This document shows positions 8,081 through 18,176 of a stretch of 64,000 nt of DNA, in pieces. This DNA comes from Desulfobulbaceae bacterium. GTDB lineage: Bacteria; Desulfobacterota; Desulfobulbia; Desulfobulbales; Desulfobulbaceae. Location of the stretch: the NCBI GenBank assembly GCA_015484845.1, contig WFUT01000074.1:19388-83387 (forward strand), in the 5' to 3' direction. How positions within the stretch are numbered: the stretch's first letter is position 1; the number at the start of each line of letters is the position of its first letter. The notes below the pieces were generated by a model, which searched no databases, had not been told where the DNA came from, and saw only the letters and a list, made by a program, of their open reading frames with translations. The position numbers and the translations under genes are program-made.

Positions 8081-9439
8081 TCAGGCCTTGGCCGGATTGT
8101 TGAGCTCATATTTTTTCATTTTGCGCCACAGGGTCGTCCTGGAGAGCTGCAGAATACGTCCTGCCGCCTTGATATTGTAACCGGTTGTGTGCAGGACCCT
8201 GGCGATGTAGCGTTTTTCGACCTCGGCCAGGGGCAGCAGGGTTTCCTCGTTCCAGCCGCCCTGCGCCGGCTGGGCGCGCAGCCGGGGCGGGAGGTCCTCG
8301 GGCGTCAGCTTCCGGCCCTCGGTCAGGGCGACGGCATGCTGGATGATATTTTCCAGCTCCCGCACATTGCCGGGAAAACCGTAGTTCATCAGCAGGTCGA
8401 GGGCCTGCTGCGAGACGCCCCGCACGTTCTTGGAGAATGCCTTGTTGGCCTTGCGGATAAAATGATGGATCAGCAGGGGGATGTCCTCGCGACGCTCCCT
8501 GAGCCGCGGAAGACGGATGGTGACCACGTTGAGCCGGTAGTAGAGGTCCTCCCGGAAGGTCCCCTTCCTGATGAGTTCCTTGAGGTTCCTGTTGGTGGCG
8601 GCGATGATACGGATATTCAGGTCAATGGGCCGGGTCCCGCCCACCCGCAGGATCTGCCGTTCCTGGAGGACGTGGAGGAGCTTGACCTGCATGGACAGCG
8701 GCATCTCGCCGATCTCGTCGAGCAGAACCGTACCGCCGGCGGCCGCCTCCAGCAGGCCGATTTTCTGCACCACGGCACCGGTGAACGCCCCCTTCTCATG
8801 CCCGAACAGCTCGCTGCAGATCAGGTCTTCGGCAAACCCGCCACAGTTGAAATAGACAAAAGGTGCCTTCCTGTTGTCACCGAGCTCATGGATGGCGCGG
8901 GCGGTCAGCTGTTTACCGGTCCCGGTCTCTGCCTCGAGAAGCACGTTGCAGTTGACCTGGGCCACCTTGGCAATGGTTTCAAAGATGGCCTGCATGGCCC
9001 GGCTGTTGCCGATGAAACCGGGAATGAGCGCCTTCTCGCCGACCTGGGAACGGAGGTGGACATTCTCCCTGTGCAGGCGGATCTTTTCCGCGGCCCGGTC
9101 CGCCATCAGGCGCAGGTCATGGGTCCGGCACGGCTTGGCGAGATAGTGGAAGGCCCCCTCCTTGGTCGCCTCCACGGCACTGTCGATGGAACCGTTGCCG
9201 GTGACGATGATCACCTCGGTCTCCCGGTGGGTTGCCTTGATGTGGGTCAGGATGTCAAAACCATCCCTGTCAGGGAGATGCAGGTCGAGAAAGACGATGT
9301 CAAAGGGTTCGGCCTCCATCTGTGCCAGGAAGGAGCGGCCGGAGGTAAAGGTATGGACAGCATATCCCGCCTGTTGCAGGGTGCGGGCTGTCATCTTCCT
9401 GGCGGCAGGGTCATTGTCAACAACGGCAATGGTGATCAT
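8081..9439 (-). CDS. Sigma-54-dependent response regulator (NtrC/AtoC family: REC-AAA+-HTH)
   Basis: Receiver (VVDND, FLDLHLP, LAKP), Walker A AETGTGKQL, GAFTGA, LLDEIGEM, FREDLYYRLNV, FPGNVRELEN and C-terminal HTH ending SRTTLWRKMKKY. Confidence 0.95.
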   Translation of the reverse strand: MITIAVVDNDPAARKMTARTLQQAGYAVHTFTSGRSFLAQMEAEPFDIVFLDLHLPDRDGFDILTHIKATHRETEVIIVTGNGSIDSAVEATKEGAFHYLAKPCRTHDLRLMADRAAEKIRLHRENVHLRSQVGEKALIPGFIGNSRAMQAIFETIAKVAQVNCNVLLEAETGTGKQLTARAIHELGDNRKAPFVYFNCGGFAEDLICSELFGHEKGAFTGAVVQKIGLLEAAAGGTVLLDEIGEMPLSMQVKLLHVLQERQILRVGGTRPIDLNIRIIAATNRNLKELIRKGTFREDLYYRLNVVTIRLPRLRERREDIPLLIHHFIRKANKAFSKNVRGVSQQALDLLMNYGFPGNVRELENIIQHAVALTEGRKLTPEDLPPRLRAQPAQGGWNEETLLPLAEVEKRYIARVLHTTGYNIKAAGRILQLSRTTLWRKMKKYELNNPAKA

Positions 9440-9620
9440 GGCTGTTTCTGTCCGATGTTCTTGCCACCGTGCCGGAAAGGGCCACGGGAAAGGTTCGCCG
9501 GTAGGCCATCATTCGCGGTACGGTGACAGCGCGCCGACAGCAGGGGTCCGGGTGCGCGCAATGGCCCGGCCCCGGTGCAATCTGTCCGGTATTTCCACCG
9601 TTTCCCCTCGTTTTGCCATC

Positions 9621-10115
9621 CTATCCGTGTTCCAGCCGCCGGCGCAGGCGGGCGGCGTTCCGATGGTCACGGAAAGAGACAATGGTGACCGGTGAACGGT
9701 GGAACAGTCTTTCCGCCACGGAACCGGTGAAGGCATGCATGATGTCGGAGCGGGCCCTGATCCCCATGACGATCATGTCCACCTCTTCCTCCACCGCAAA
9801 GTGGAGCAGGACCCTGGACGGCCGTCCCACCCGGAAGACGACCCTGATCCGCTCCTCGGGAAAGTCGATCTTCCTGATCATCTTCTCCAGCTCACTGATA
9901 CGCTGTTTCTGGATCTCCTGCAGGTAGTGCTCCTCGTCCACGTCGTAGCCGAAGGAGGTGATGAGCTGCACCGCCTCCACATCACGTTCGTTGATCACGT
10001 TGACCAGGACCAGCTCGGCACCCAGGGCATCGGCCAGCCCGGCGGCATATTCCAGCAGTTCCCCGGAGAGGCGGGAAAATGCCAGGGGAACCATGATCTT
10101 CTTGACATCCAGCAT
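9621..10115 (-). CDS. Universal stress protein (UspA family)
   Basis: MLDVKKIMVPLAFS...VDMIVMGIRARS...FTGSVAERLFHRSPVTIV. Start corrected to ATG 10115. Confidence 0.9.
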   Translation of the reverse strand: MLDVKKIMVPLAFSRLSGELLEYAAGLADALGAELVLVNVINERDVEAVQLITSFGYDVDEEHYLQEIQKQRISELEKMIRKIDFPEERIRVVFRVGRPSRVLLHFAVEEEVDMIVMGIRARSDIMHAFTGSVAERLFHRSPVTIVSFRDHRNAARLRRRLEHG

Positions 10116-10146
10116 CGTTTTTCTCCAGTGGTTGTGGCAGGCATCC

Positions 10147-12225
10147 TCAGGCCGCCTGCGCCTGCTCCTGCTCCTGCGGCAGGCGGGCGCGCTGCATGAG
10201 ATAGAGGGCCCCGTACAGGCCCAGGCCGATGAGATAGGTCCAGTAGCGCTGGTCATGGGGCATGCCCAGCCAGGCGGCGATCTGGTCCGGCCGCATCAGG
10301 ATGAAGCAGACACAGAGAAAGAGCGGCATCTCCCATAACTTGTTCCTGGCGATGAACCAGCCCTGGGTGGCCGAGGCAAAGGCGAAATTGCCCAGGCAGG
10401 CCATGACGAAGATAAGAAGACCCTGGGCCCAGGAGTTGACGTTGTGCAGGATAAGGTCCGAGTTGAAGATAAACATGAAGGGCAGGATGGCGGTCCTGAT
10501 GTCATACATGAATCCCTGGATGCCGGTGGCGATGGGTGGTGACTTGGCAATGGCCGCGGCGGCATAGGCGGCAAGCCCCACCGGCGGTGTGTCATCGGCC
10601 AGGATGCCGAAGTAGAAGCAGAAGAGGTGGGCGGACATGAGCGGCACGACAAAGCCCTGCATGGCGCCGATGTGGACAATGGCCGGCGCGGTCAGCGAGG
10701 CCATGACAATGTAGGTGGCGGTTGTCGGCAGTCCCATGCCGATGATCAGGCTGGCCAGGGCGGTGATGACCAGCATCAGGAAGACATTGCCCATGGACAG
10801 GACATCGATGATCTCGGAGATCAGGTTGCCCAGGCCCAGGGCGACCACGCCGACGATGATACCGGCCGCAGCCGTGGCCAGGGCAACGGCCACCATGTTG
10901 CGGGCCCCGGAGACCAGCGATTCCAGGATGCTGAGGCAGGACCTCCTGAAGGCCGGTCCCAGGGGTCTACCCTGCCGGTAGGCGATGACCGGCTCCTGGA
11001 AGAGCATGATGACCAGCATGACCAGGATGGCGTTGAAGGCGGCCAGCTCCGGCGAGTGGCGGACCACGATCAGCTCGTAGAGGAGCATGAACAGGGGAAC
11101 CAGGTAGTGCAGGCCGCTGACCAGGGTCTTGAAGAAGGGCGGCAGCTCGCTCTTGGGCAGCCCCCGGATGCCCAGCTTGGAGGCCTCGATATGGGAGATG
11201 AAGAACAGGGCCGCATAGGAGGCAAAGGCCGGGATGGCGGCGGCCTTGACCACCTCGATATAGGGGACGTTGACATACTCGGCGATGATAAAGGCGGCAG
11301 CGCCCATGATCGGCGGCGCGAGCTGGCCGTCGGTGGAGGCGGCGACCTCGGTGGCAGCGGCCTTGGTGGCCGGATAGCCCACCTTTTTCATCATCGGGAT
11401 GGTGAAGGTGCCGGTGGTGACGATGTTGGCGATGCTCGAGCCCGACACCAGGCCGGTGAGACCGGAGCCGACAATGGCCGCCTTGGCCGGGCCGCCCTTG
11501 TAGCGGCCGAGCAGGGCCAGGGCGAGCTGGATGAAGTAGTTGCCGGCCCCGGCCTTGTCGAGCATGGCCCCGAAGAGGACGAACAGGAAGACGATGGTGG
11601 CCGAGACATCGAGCGGGATACCGTAGATGCCCTCGGTGGACATGGTCATCTGGCCGACGAACCGGTTCATCGACGTTCCCTTGAAGGCGATGACGTCCGG
11701 CATGTAGGGGCCGAGAAAGGCATACAGGATGAAACCGCCGGCAATGACCGGCAGGGCAGGGCCGATGGTCCTGCGGGTCGCCTCGAGCAGGAGGCCGACC
11801 AGGATCAGCCCGACAACGGTGTCGGTCATGCTGGGGGCGCCATAGCGCAGGGTGATGCCCTGGTAGTTAATGATGAGATAGAGGGCGGAATAGGCGGCAA
11901 GGCCGGCAAGCAGGATGTCGAGCAGCGGGATCCTCCTGTGCTCGGCCAGGTACCTGATACCGAAATGGGGTTTCTTCCACAGGGGGTAATTGAGGAAGAC
12001 CAGGGCCATGGCAAAGGCCAGGTGGATGGCCCGGATATAGGTGGAGTCGAGCAGCAGGAGCTTGGGCAGGGAGAGCTGGAACAGGCTCCAGGCAACAGCG
12101 ATGGTGGGAATCAGGAACCGCTGCCATCCCCCCGGCTTTCTGCCGATGCCTTCCTCCTCCTCGGCCAGTTTCCGGGCCAGGTCCATGCCGTTATCGTCAA
12201 CCGTGTCAACTCGAAGTTTGCCCAT
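10147..12225 (-). CDS. TRAP transporter 4TM/12TM fused permease (TAXI type)
   Basis: EATRRTIGPAL, MSTEGIYGIPL, GGPAKAAI, SGSSIANIVTTG, GQLAPPIMGAAAFIIAE, GMGLPTTATY and ADDTPPVGLAAYAAA. Start set at ATG 12225. Confidence 0.95.
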   Translation of the reverse strand: MGKLRVDTVDDNGMDLARKLAEEEEGIGRKPGGWQRFLIPTIAVAWSLFQLSLPKLLLLDSTYIRAIHLAFAMALVFLNYPLWKKPHFGIRYLAEHRRIPLLDILLAGLAAYSALYLIINYQGITLRYGAPSMTDTVVGLILVGLLLEATRRTIGPALPVIAGGFILYAFLGPYMPDVIAFKGTSMNRFVGQMTMSTEGIYGIPLDVSATIVFLFVLFGAMLDKAGAGNYFIQLALALLGRYKGGPAKAAIVGSGLTGLVSGSSIANIVTTGTFTIPMMKKVGYPATKAAATEVAASTDGQLAPPIMGAAAFIIAEYVNVPYIEVVKAAAIPAFASYAALFFISHIEASKLGIRGLPKSELPPFFKTLVSGLHYLVPLFMLLYELIVVRHSPELAAFNAILVMLVIMLFQEPVIAYRQGRPLGPAFRRSCLSILESLVSGARNMVAVALATAAAGIIVGVVALGLGNLISEIIDVLSMGNVFLMLVITALASLIIGMGLPTTATYIVMASLTAPAIVHIGAMQGFVVPLMSAHLFCFYFGILADDTPPVGLAAYAAAAIAKSPPIATGIQGFMYDIRTAILPFMFIFNSDLILHNVNSWAQGLLIFVMACLGNFAFASATQGWFIARNKLWEMPLFLCVCFILMRPDQIAAWLGMPHDQRYWTYLIGLGLYGALYLMQRARLPQEQEQAQAA

Positions 12226-12351
12226 GTGATTCTCTCCGGGTGAGGTGATAATCAGACCGAACAGATCGACCCGCCACGACCCTGCCGGAGCGGGATCCCC
12301 CTGCAGCAAAGCGGCTGCAACCGGCGGTCGTGTCAGGCGATGGCACAACCG

Positions 12352-12383
12352 AAAAAAAAGGCGGCAGCCTTTCGACTGCCGCC
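12352..12383 (-). terminator. Intrinsic terminator-like hairpin after the TAXI binding-protein gene
   Basis: The minus strand reads GGCGGCAG-TCGAAAGG-CTGCCGCC followed by a T tract. Confidence 0.65.
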
Positions 12384-12399
12384 CGCGTCCGCAGCGACC

Positions 12400-13377
12400 T
12401 TATTTCATCAGGCCGACTTCTCGATAGTACTTCATGGCACCGGGATGGATGGGAGCAGTGAGCCCCTCGAGCATGGACTTCTTGGTCAGGGTGGAGTAGG
12501 CCGGGTGCAGCTTCTTGAACTCGTCGAAGTTGACGAACACTTCCTTGGTGACGGCGTAGACGATATCGTTGGGAACCTTGATCGAGGTGACCAGGGTGGC
12601 CTTGACGCCAAAGGTGGGCACGTCCTTGTCATTCTGGGCACCGGGGTACATCTTGACAGGGATCACCGACTTGGCGTAGTAGGGATACTTGGCCAGCATC
12701 TTGTCGATGCCGGGACCGCTGATGGAGACGAACCGTACCTTGCGCGCGCCGGAGGTGGCCTCCTTGATGGCGCCGGAGGGATGCCCCACGGTGTAGAAGA
12801 AGGCGTCGATGCGACCGTCCTGCAGCAGGCCGGGGGCCTCGGAGGCCTTGACGTTCTCGGCCTGCAGGTCTTTCCTGTAGTCGATGCCCACGGCGTTGAG
12901 GGCATCGATGGCGTTCTGGCGCGTGCCGGAGCCGGGATTGCCGATATTGACCTTCTTGCCCTTCAGGTCCTTGATGCTCCTGATGCCGGAATCAACAGCG
13001 GCCACCAGGGTGACGGACTCGGGATAGATGGAGAATACGGAACGAAGGTCCTTCTGCGGTCCCTTGTCCTTCCACTCGGCCAGGCCGTGCCATGCCTGGT
13101 ACTGGCGGTCGGACTGGACGATTCCGAACTCCAGGTCACCGTTCATGACCGCGTTGACATTGAAGACAGAGCCACCCGTGGACTCGACGGTCGCCCGGAT
13201 TCCATACTCCTTTTTCTTCTTGTTGACCATCTTGGCGATGGCGCCGCCGGTCGGGTAGTAGACACCGGTGATGCCGCCGGTGCCGATGGTGACGAAACGG
13301 GTCTTCGCCTGGCCGTTGGCCAGTGTCATCAGCAGGGTCGCCAGTACGGCGATGGAGAAGAACAGTCCTTTTTTCAT
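12400..13377 (-). CDS. TAXI-family TRAP solute-binding protein
   Basis: Signal peptide, IGTGGITGVYYPTG, STGGSVFN, QSD, YPE and GKKVNIGNPGSG, PIHPGAMKYYRE. Start ATG 13377 with a GGAGG RBS. Confidence 0.95.
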   Translation of the reverse strand: MKKGLFFSIAVLATLLMTLANGQAKTRFVTIGTGGITGVYYPTGGAIAKMVNKKKKEYGIRATVESTGGSVFNVNAVMNGDLEFGIVQSDRQYQAWHGLAEWKDKGPQKDLRSVFSIYPESVTLVAAVDSGIRSIKDLKGKKVNIGNPGSGTRQNAIDALNAVGIDYRKDLQAENVKASEAPGLLQDGRIDAFFYTVGHPSGAIKEATSGARKVRFVSISGPGIDKMLAKYPYYAKSVIPVKMYPGAQNDKDVPTFGVKATLVTSIKVPNDIVYAVTKEVFVNFDEFKKLHPAYSTLTKKSMLEGLTAPIHPGAMKYYREVGLMK

Positions 13378-14059
13378 GCATACCTCCCTTGTTGAAGAAC
13401 GTTGGACGGGATAACGGGCCTTCCCCGCAGCCCGATGCCACCACGTGGTTTCGGGACCCGTGGGCAGTGAAAGCTCCACGGGCTGCTCCCGGGCAGGCCG
13501 GTGGTGCCTGTTGAGACGTATCAGAAAATTCAGGGTCGGTCGGAGTTGTGGTCTGCAAACCTGGTCCAGCCATAAACCTGGTCCGGCCATGCTGGTATAT
13601 ATTCAAATCCAGGCCCCTTGACAAGAAAATATTCCTGATGGCCAGGGCAGGTTTTTTGCACCTAAATCCGGCAATTGGCTATTTTGCCGGAGATGCGAGG
13701 CATCAAGGGCCAAGACGTATACGAATACTTCAAGCCCTTGATAACGAAGCAGATTCGGTAAAATTGCCAATGCCTGCGGGCGAGAAAATGAAGAAAAAAA
13801 TCCTTCACACGATCAGTGAGTCGAAAAAAACGATCACGTTCGTATAATCCGCTGATATGGCAAGAGAAAATTTTTTCTTCATTTTCGAAGTGCAGGATTT
13901 AGGTTGCAGGGACCGGGCCGGAGATTCTCTTGCTTTTTTCGCCGCAACCCGGTATGCCCAGATGCAGAAGAGGAGGAACGGTCGGCCATCCCCGGCCAGA
14001 CCGGCCGTTGATCAGCCGCCAGAGCTTTCGGGCCATGCCGCCGTGGCCGGGAGACGCCC

Positions 14060-14329
14060 ATGACCACACCACAGGAAAAGACCACAACGACAGCCGCAGA
14101 CCGGAAGAAAAAGCTCTACGATGTCTCGTTCTACCATGACTGGTGCAAGGCCTGCGGCATCTGCATGGCCTTCTGCCCCCGGGAGATCATCCTGGCGGAC
14201 CGGGCCGGCAAGCCCGAGATAACCGACCCGGACCGCTGTGTCGGCTGCCGGTTCTGCGAACTGCACTGTCCGGATTTCGCCATCACCGTGTCGGAGCGGA
14301 CCCCCAGGAGGAGGAGAAACGATGTCTGA
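14060..14329 (+). CDS. korD: 2-oxoacid:ferredoxin oxidoreductase delta subunit (2x[4Fe-4S] ferredoxin)
   Basis: CKACGICMAFCP and CVGCRFCELHCPDFAI; first gene of the oxidoreductase operon. Confidence 0.88.
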   Translation: MTTPQEKTTTTAADRKKKLYDVSFYHDWCKACGICMAFCPREIILADRAGKPEITDPDRCVGCRFCELHCPDFAITVSERTPRRRRNDV

Positions 14330-15467
14330 GCCCGAGCAGACCCCAGGCCGTCAGCTCCTGCAGGGCAACGAGGCCGTGGTGCACGGGGCCCTTGCCGCCG
14401 GTTGCCGGTTCTTTGCCGGCTATCCCATCACGCCGGCCTCCGAGATCGCCGAACACCTCTCGGTCCTGCTGCCGGCCGTGGACGGCACCTTTATCCAGAT
14501 GGAGGACGAGATCGCCAGTATCGGCGCCGTTATCGGCGCCTCCCTGGCCGGGGTCAAGGCCATGACCGCCACGTCGGGGCCCGGTTTTTCCCTGATGCAG
14601 GAGAACCTGGGCTTTGCCTGCGTGGCCGAGGTGCCCTGCGTGATCGTCAACGTCATGCGCGGCGGTCCCTCCACCGGCCTGCCCACCAGCCCGGCCCAGG
14701 GCGACGTGCAGATGGCGCGCTGGGGCACCCACGGCGATCATCCCATCGTGGTCCTGGCGGTCTCCTCGGTCCTCGATTCCTTTTCCATCACCGTCAAGGC
14801 CTTTAATATCTCGGAAAAATACCGGGTCCCGGTCATCCTGCTCTCCGACGAGGTGGTGGCCCATACCCGCGAGGCTGTCCGGTTGCCGGGCCGGGACGAG
14901 GTCAAGGTCATGGACCGCATCCGGCCCAGCATGCCGCCGGACTGGTACAGGCCCTACGAGGGCGACAACCGCGGTGTGCCGCCCATGGCCGCCTTTGGTG
15001 ACGGCTACCGTCATCACGTCACCGGGCTCATCCACGACGAGCATGGCTACCCGACCCAGAACCGCAAGGAGATCGAGGGATTCCATGAACGGATGGCCGG
15101 CAAGATCCGGCGTGGTTTTGCCGATATCCAGATGACCCGCGGGTTTCACACCCGGGACGCCGAGGTCCTGGTCATCGCCTATGGCTCGGTGGCGCGCTCG
15201 GCACTGCGGGCGGTGGAGGAGGCCCGCCGGCAGGGGATGCGGGCCGGCCTGCTGCAGCTGATTACCCTGTTCCCCTTTCCCCGCGCCACGGTGACACCGC
15301 TTCTCAAGCAGTGCCGGGCCGTGCTGGTGCCGGAGATGAACATGGGCCAGATCAGCCGCGAGGTCCAGCGGGTGAACCAGTGCGACTGCCGCGTGGTCAA
15401 GCACAACCGGGTGGACGGCGAGTTCATCACGCCCATGGAGATAACCCGGGTGCTGCTCAAGCTCTAG
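14322..15467 (+). CDS. korA: 2-oxoacid (probably 2-oxoglutarate):ferredoxin oxidoreductase alpha subunit
   Basis: LQGNEAV, FFAGYPITPASE, QMEDEIAS, TATSGPGFSLM and MRGGPSTGLPT. Start ATG 14322 with a GGAGG RBS. Confidence 0.92.
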   Translation: MSEPEQTPGRQLLQGNEAVVHGALAAGCRFFAGYPITPASEIAEHLSVLLPAVDGTFIQMEDEIASIGAVIGASLAGVKAMTATSGPGFSLMQENLGFACVAEVPCVIVNVMRGGPSTGLPTSPAQGDVQMARWGTHGDHPIVVLAVSSVLDSFSITVKAFNISEKYRVPVILLSDEVVAHTREAVRLPGRDEVKVMDRIRPSMPPDWYRPYEGDNRGVPPMAAFGDGYRHHVTGLIHDEHGYPTQNRKEIEGFHERMAGKIRRGFADIQMTRGFHTRDAEVLVIAYGSVARSALRAVEEARRQGMRAGLLQLITLFPFPRATVTPLLKQCRAVLVPEMNMGQISREVQRVNQCDCRVVKHNRVDGEFITPMEITRVLLKL

Positions 15468-15490
15468 CCCCTTCAATTTCGGATACGACC

Positions 15491-16336
15491 ATGGTTATTC
15501 CCGCTCAGACCCTGCGCCATACCTTCCTGCGTCACAACAAGAAATTCCCCCATGTCTGGTGTCCCGGCTGCGGCAACGGCATCATCATGGCGGCCCTGCT
15601 CCGCGCCATCTACCGGCTCGATGTCAGCAAGGACGACATCGTCCTTGCCTCGGGCATCGGCTGCTCGGGCCGGATGCCCACCTACCTGGACTTCAACACC
15701 CTGCACACCACCCATGGCCGGGCCCTGACCTTTGCCACCGGTGTCAAGCTGGCCAGGCCGTCGCTCAACGTGGTGGCCATCATGGGGGACGGCGATGCCA
15801 CCGCCATCGGCGGCAATCACTTTATCCACGCGGCGCGGCGCAACCTGAACCTGACCGCCATCATCATCAACAACTCGATCTACGGCATGACCGGCGGCCA
15901 GTACTCGCCCACCACTCCCTTTGGCGCCCGTTCCACCACCTCGGTCTACGGCCACATCGAACACGACTTCTCCATCGCCGAGCTGGCGGTCACGGCCGGC
16001 GCCTCGTTCGTGGCCCGGGCCACGGTCTACCATGCCGAGCTCATGGACCGGCTCATCGAGCAGGCCATACGCAAACGGGGGTTTGCCGTGGTCGAGGTGA
16101 TCTCCAACTGCCATGTCCAGTATGGCCGCCGCAACAATCTCGGCGGCGCCGTGGAGATGATCAGGCGTTTCAAGGAACAGGCGGTGCACGTGGACAGGGC
16201 CGAGAAGATGTCAGCGGAAGAACTGCGGGGCAAGATCACCATCGGCGTGCTCACGGACCGGGAATTGCCCATCTCCACCGAGGAATACAAAAAGGTTCGC
16301 GAGCGGGCCAGGGCGGCCAGGGGGGGCAAGGTATGA
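15491..16336 (+). CDS. korB: 2-oxoacid:ferredoxin oxidoreductase beta subunit (TPP-binding)
   Basis: WCPGCGNG, SGIGCSGR, HTTHGRAL, MGDGDATAIGGNH and NNSIYGMTGGQYSPTT. Confidence 0.92.
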   Translation: MVIPAQTLRHTFLRHNKKFPHVWCPGCGNGIIMAALLRAIYRLDVSKDDIVLASGIGCSGRMPTYLDFNTLHTTHGRALTFATGVKLARPSLNVVAIMGDGDATAIGGNHFIHAARRNLNLTAIIINNSIYGMTGGQYSPTTPFGARSTTSVYGHIEHDFSIAELAVTAGASFVARATVYHAELMDRLIEQAIRKRGFAVVEVISNCHVQYGRRNNLGGAVEMIRRFKEQAVHVDRAEKMSAEELRGKITIGVLTDRELPISTEEYKKVRERARAARGGKV

Positions 16337-16938
16337 AACAGCAGGACGGCTGGGAGCGCTACGAGATCCGGTTCTCCGGCTCCGGCGGCCAGGGGCTCAT
16401 CACCGCGGCGGTGGTCTTTGCCGAGGCCGTCGGGGTCTACGACGGCAGGTATGTCTGCCAGACCCAGAGTTACGGGCCCGAGGCCAGGGGAGGCAAGTCC
16501 AAGGCCGAGGTGGTGGTCAGCGATCATCCCATCGACTATCCCAAGGCCCTGGAGCTCGACCTGCTCCTGGCCATGAATCAGGCCGCCTGCGACGCCTACT
16601 TCTATGACCTGAAAAAGAACGGTATCCTGGTGGTGGATTCGACCCTGGTGGAACAGTTCCCCACCTCCCGGGTCATCGCCATCCCGTTCACCGGTATTGC
16701 CCGCGACGAGATCGGCCGGGTCCTGGTGGCCAACATGGTGGCGCTGGGCGCCATCGGCCTGCTTTCGGGCCAGGTCAACCTGGACAACCTGGAAAAGGCG
16801 CTCCTGGCCCGGGTGCCGAAGGGCACCGAGGAGATGAACCGGGACGCCCTGCGGCGGGGAATCGAAGAGGCAGGGAAGATCGACCTGGACCAGCTTCCCC
16901 GCTCGGTCATGAACGAAGACGAGGAGGAATACCCATGA
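16333..16938 (+). CDS. korC: 2-oxoacid:ferredoxin oxidoreductase gamma subunit
   Basis: [22 protein letters not shown] and ANMVALG; ATGA overlap with korB. Confidence 0.92.
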   Translation: MKQQDGWERYEIRFSGSGGQGLITAAVVFAEAVGVYDGRYVCQTQSYGPEARGGKSKAEVVVSDHPIDYPKALELDLLLAMNQAACDAYFYDLKKNGILVVDSTLVEQFPTSRVIAIPFTGIARDEIGRVLVANMVALGAIGLLSGQVNLDNLEKALLARVPKGTEEMNRDALRRGIEEAGKIDLDQLPRSVMNEDEEEYP

Positions 16939-17510
16939 AGGTGGTCGCATTCAACGGCAGTGCCCGCAAGAACGGCAATACCGCCATGCTGGTGGGCTAC
17001 GTGTTCGAGGAGCTGGAAAAGGAGGGGATCGGGACCGAGCTGGTACAGCTCTCCGGCGAGCATCCCCATGGCTGTATCGCCTGCTACAAGTGTTTCAAGA
17101 ACAAGGACAGGCGCTGTGCCGTGGACATAGACTGCATAAACGACTGCATCGAAAAGATGGAGCAGGCCGATGGCATCATCCTGGCCTCGCCCACCTACTT
17201 TGCCGACCTCTCCACCGAACTCAAGGCCCTCATCGACCGGGCCGGCATGACCTCGCGGGCCAATGGCGACATGTTCCGCCGCAAGGTGGGGGCCGCCGTG
17301 GTGGCCCGCCGGCGCGGCGGTGCCATCCATGTCTTTGATTCCATCAACCATTTCTTCACCATCGGCCAGATGATCATCGTCGGCTCCTCCTACTGGAACA
17401 TCGGCGTCGGCCGGGAGCGGGGGGAAGTCGCCGAGGACAGCGAAGGGGTCGCCACCATGCGCGATCTGGGCCGGAACATGGCCTGGCTGCTGAAGAAACT
17501 CCACTCCTGA
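16935..17510 (+). CDS. Iron-sulfur flavoprotein (Isf)/flavodoxin-family FMN reductase
   Basis: [11 protein letters not shown], Cys cluster CIACYKC...RC and [12 protein letters not shown]; ATGA overlap. Confidence 0.88.
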   Translation: MKVVAFNGSARKNGNTAMLVGYVFEELEKEGIGTELVQLSGEHPHGCIACYKCFKNKDRRCAVDIDCINDCIEKMEQADGIILASPTYFADLSTELKALIDRAGMTSRANGDMFRRKVGAAVVARRRGGAIHVFDSINHFFTIGQMIIVGSSYWNIGVGRERGEVAEDSEGVATMRDLGRNMAWLLKKLHS

Positions 17511-17856
17511 CCCGCAGATCTTCGCCCCTGTTGCCGCGGGTTGCCCCGGCATGGCTGAGGACGTCCAGGTCCCGGCCCCGACAGGCCATGAAAATGCTGC
17601 CGCCCCACCCGCGCCCGGCGCCGCTTTCCCGGCCGGGCACGGGGTCGGCAGCATGGCTGTTTTGCCGGAACCCTTCCTTTATGAACGACCTTCCCGGATC
17701 CCCCGCTCTTCTTCGTCCTTTTCCCGGCCCCCGGGACCTGCAATTTCACTGAACCTGCTTCGTTTTATCAAGGGGTTGACGTGTTGCATGCTTCTGCGCC
17801 CCTGCTGCCTTGCACCACCTGCGAAATTGCCTGTTGCAGGATTTGGGTGAAAGTAT

Positions 17857-17885
17857 TTGACCTGCATTCCGGCAGACCATATAAC
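17857..17885 (+). promoter_or_regulatory. Sigma-70-type promoter for the zinc-ribbon/HAMP operon
   Basis: TTGACC-N17-TATAAC. Confidence 0.55.
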
Positions 17886-18176
17886 AGAAGAAGAGATGAC
17901 TGTTCGGTCGGCACCCTGGCTGCCACGGTGGTATAACTGCCTGGCACCTCTGCAACTTAGACCGAACGGCATCCATCCCGCTGCCCCGGCGGCGCCGGAA
18001 GAGGCCTTTGGTCCAGGGCCACAATGTGTCAGAAACCCCTGTGCCGCCGTTTCCCGGGCAGATTGCTTTTCCGGTCAGTTCCTGTCGAGGCGCTGGCCGG
18101 TTGTATCTCGCTCCACGGCACGTAACGATTCGTTTGTACGGCTGGATAACCGTATTGCGGGACAAGGAGGAGTTTT

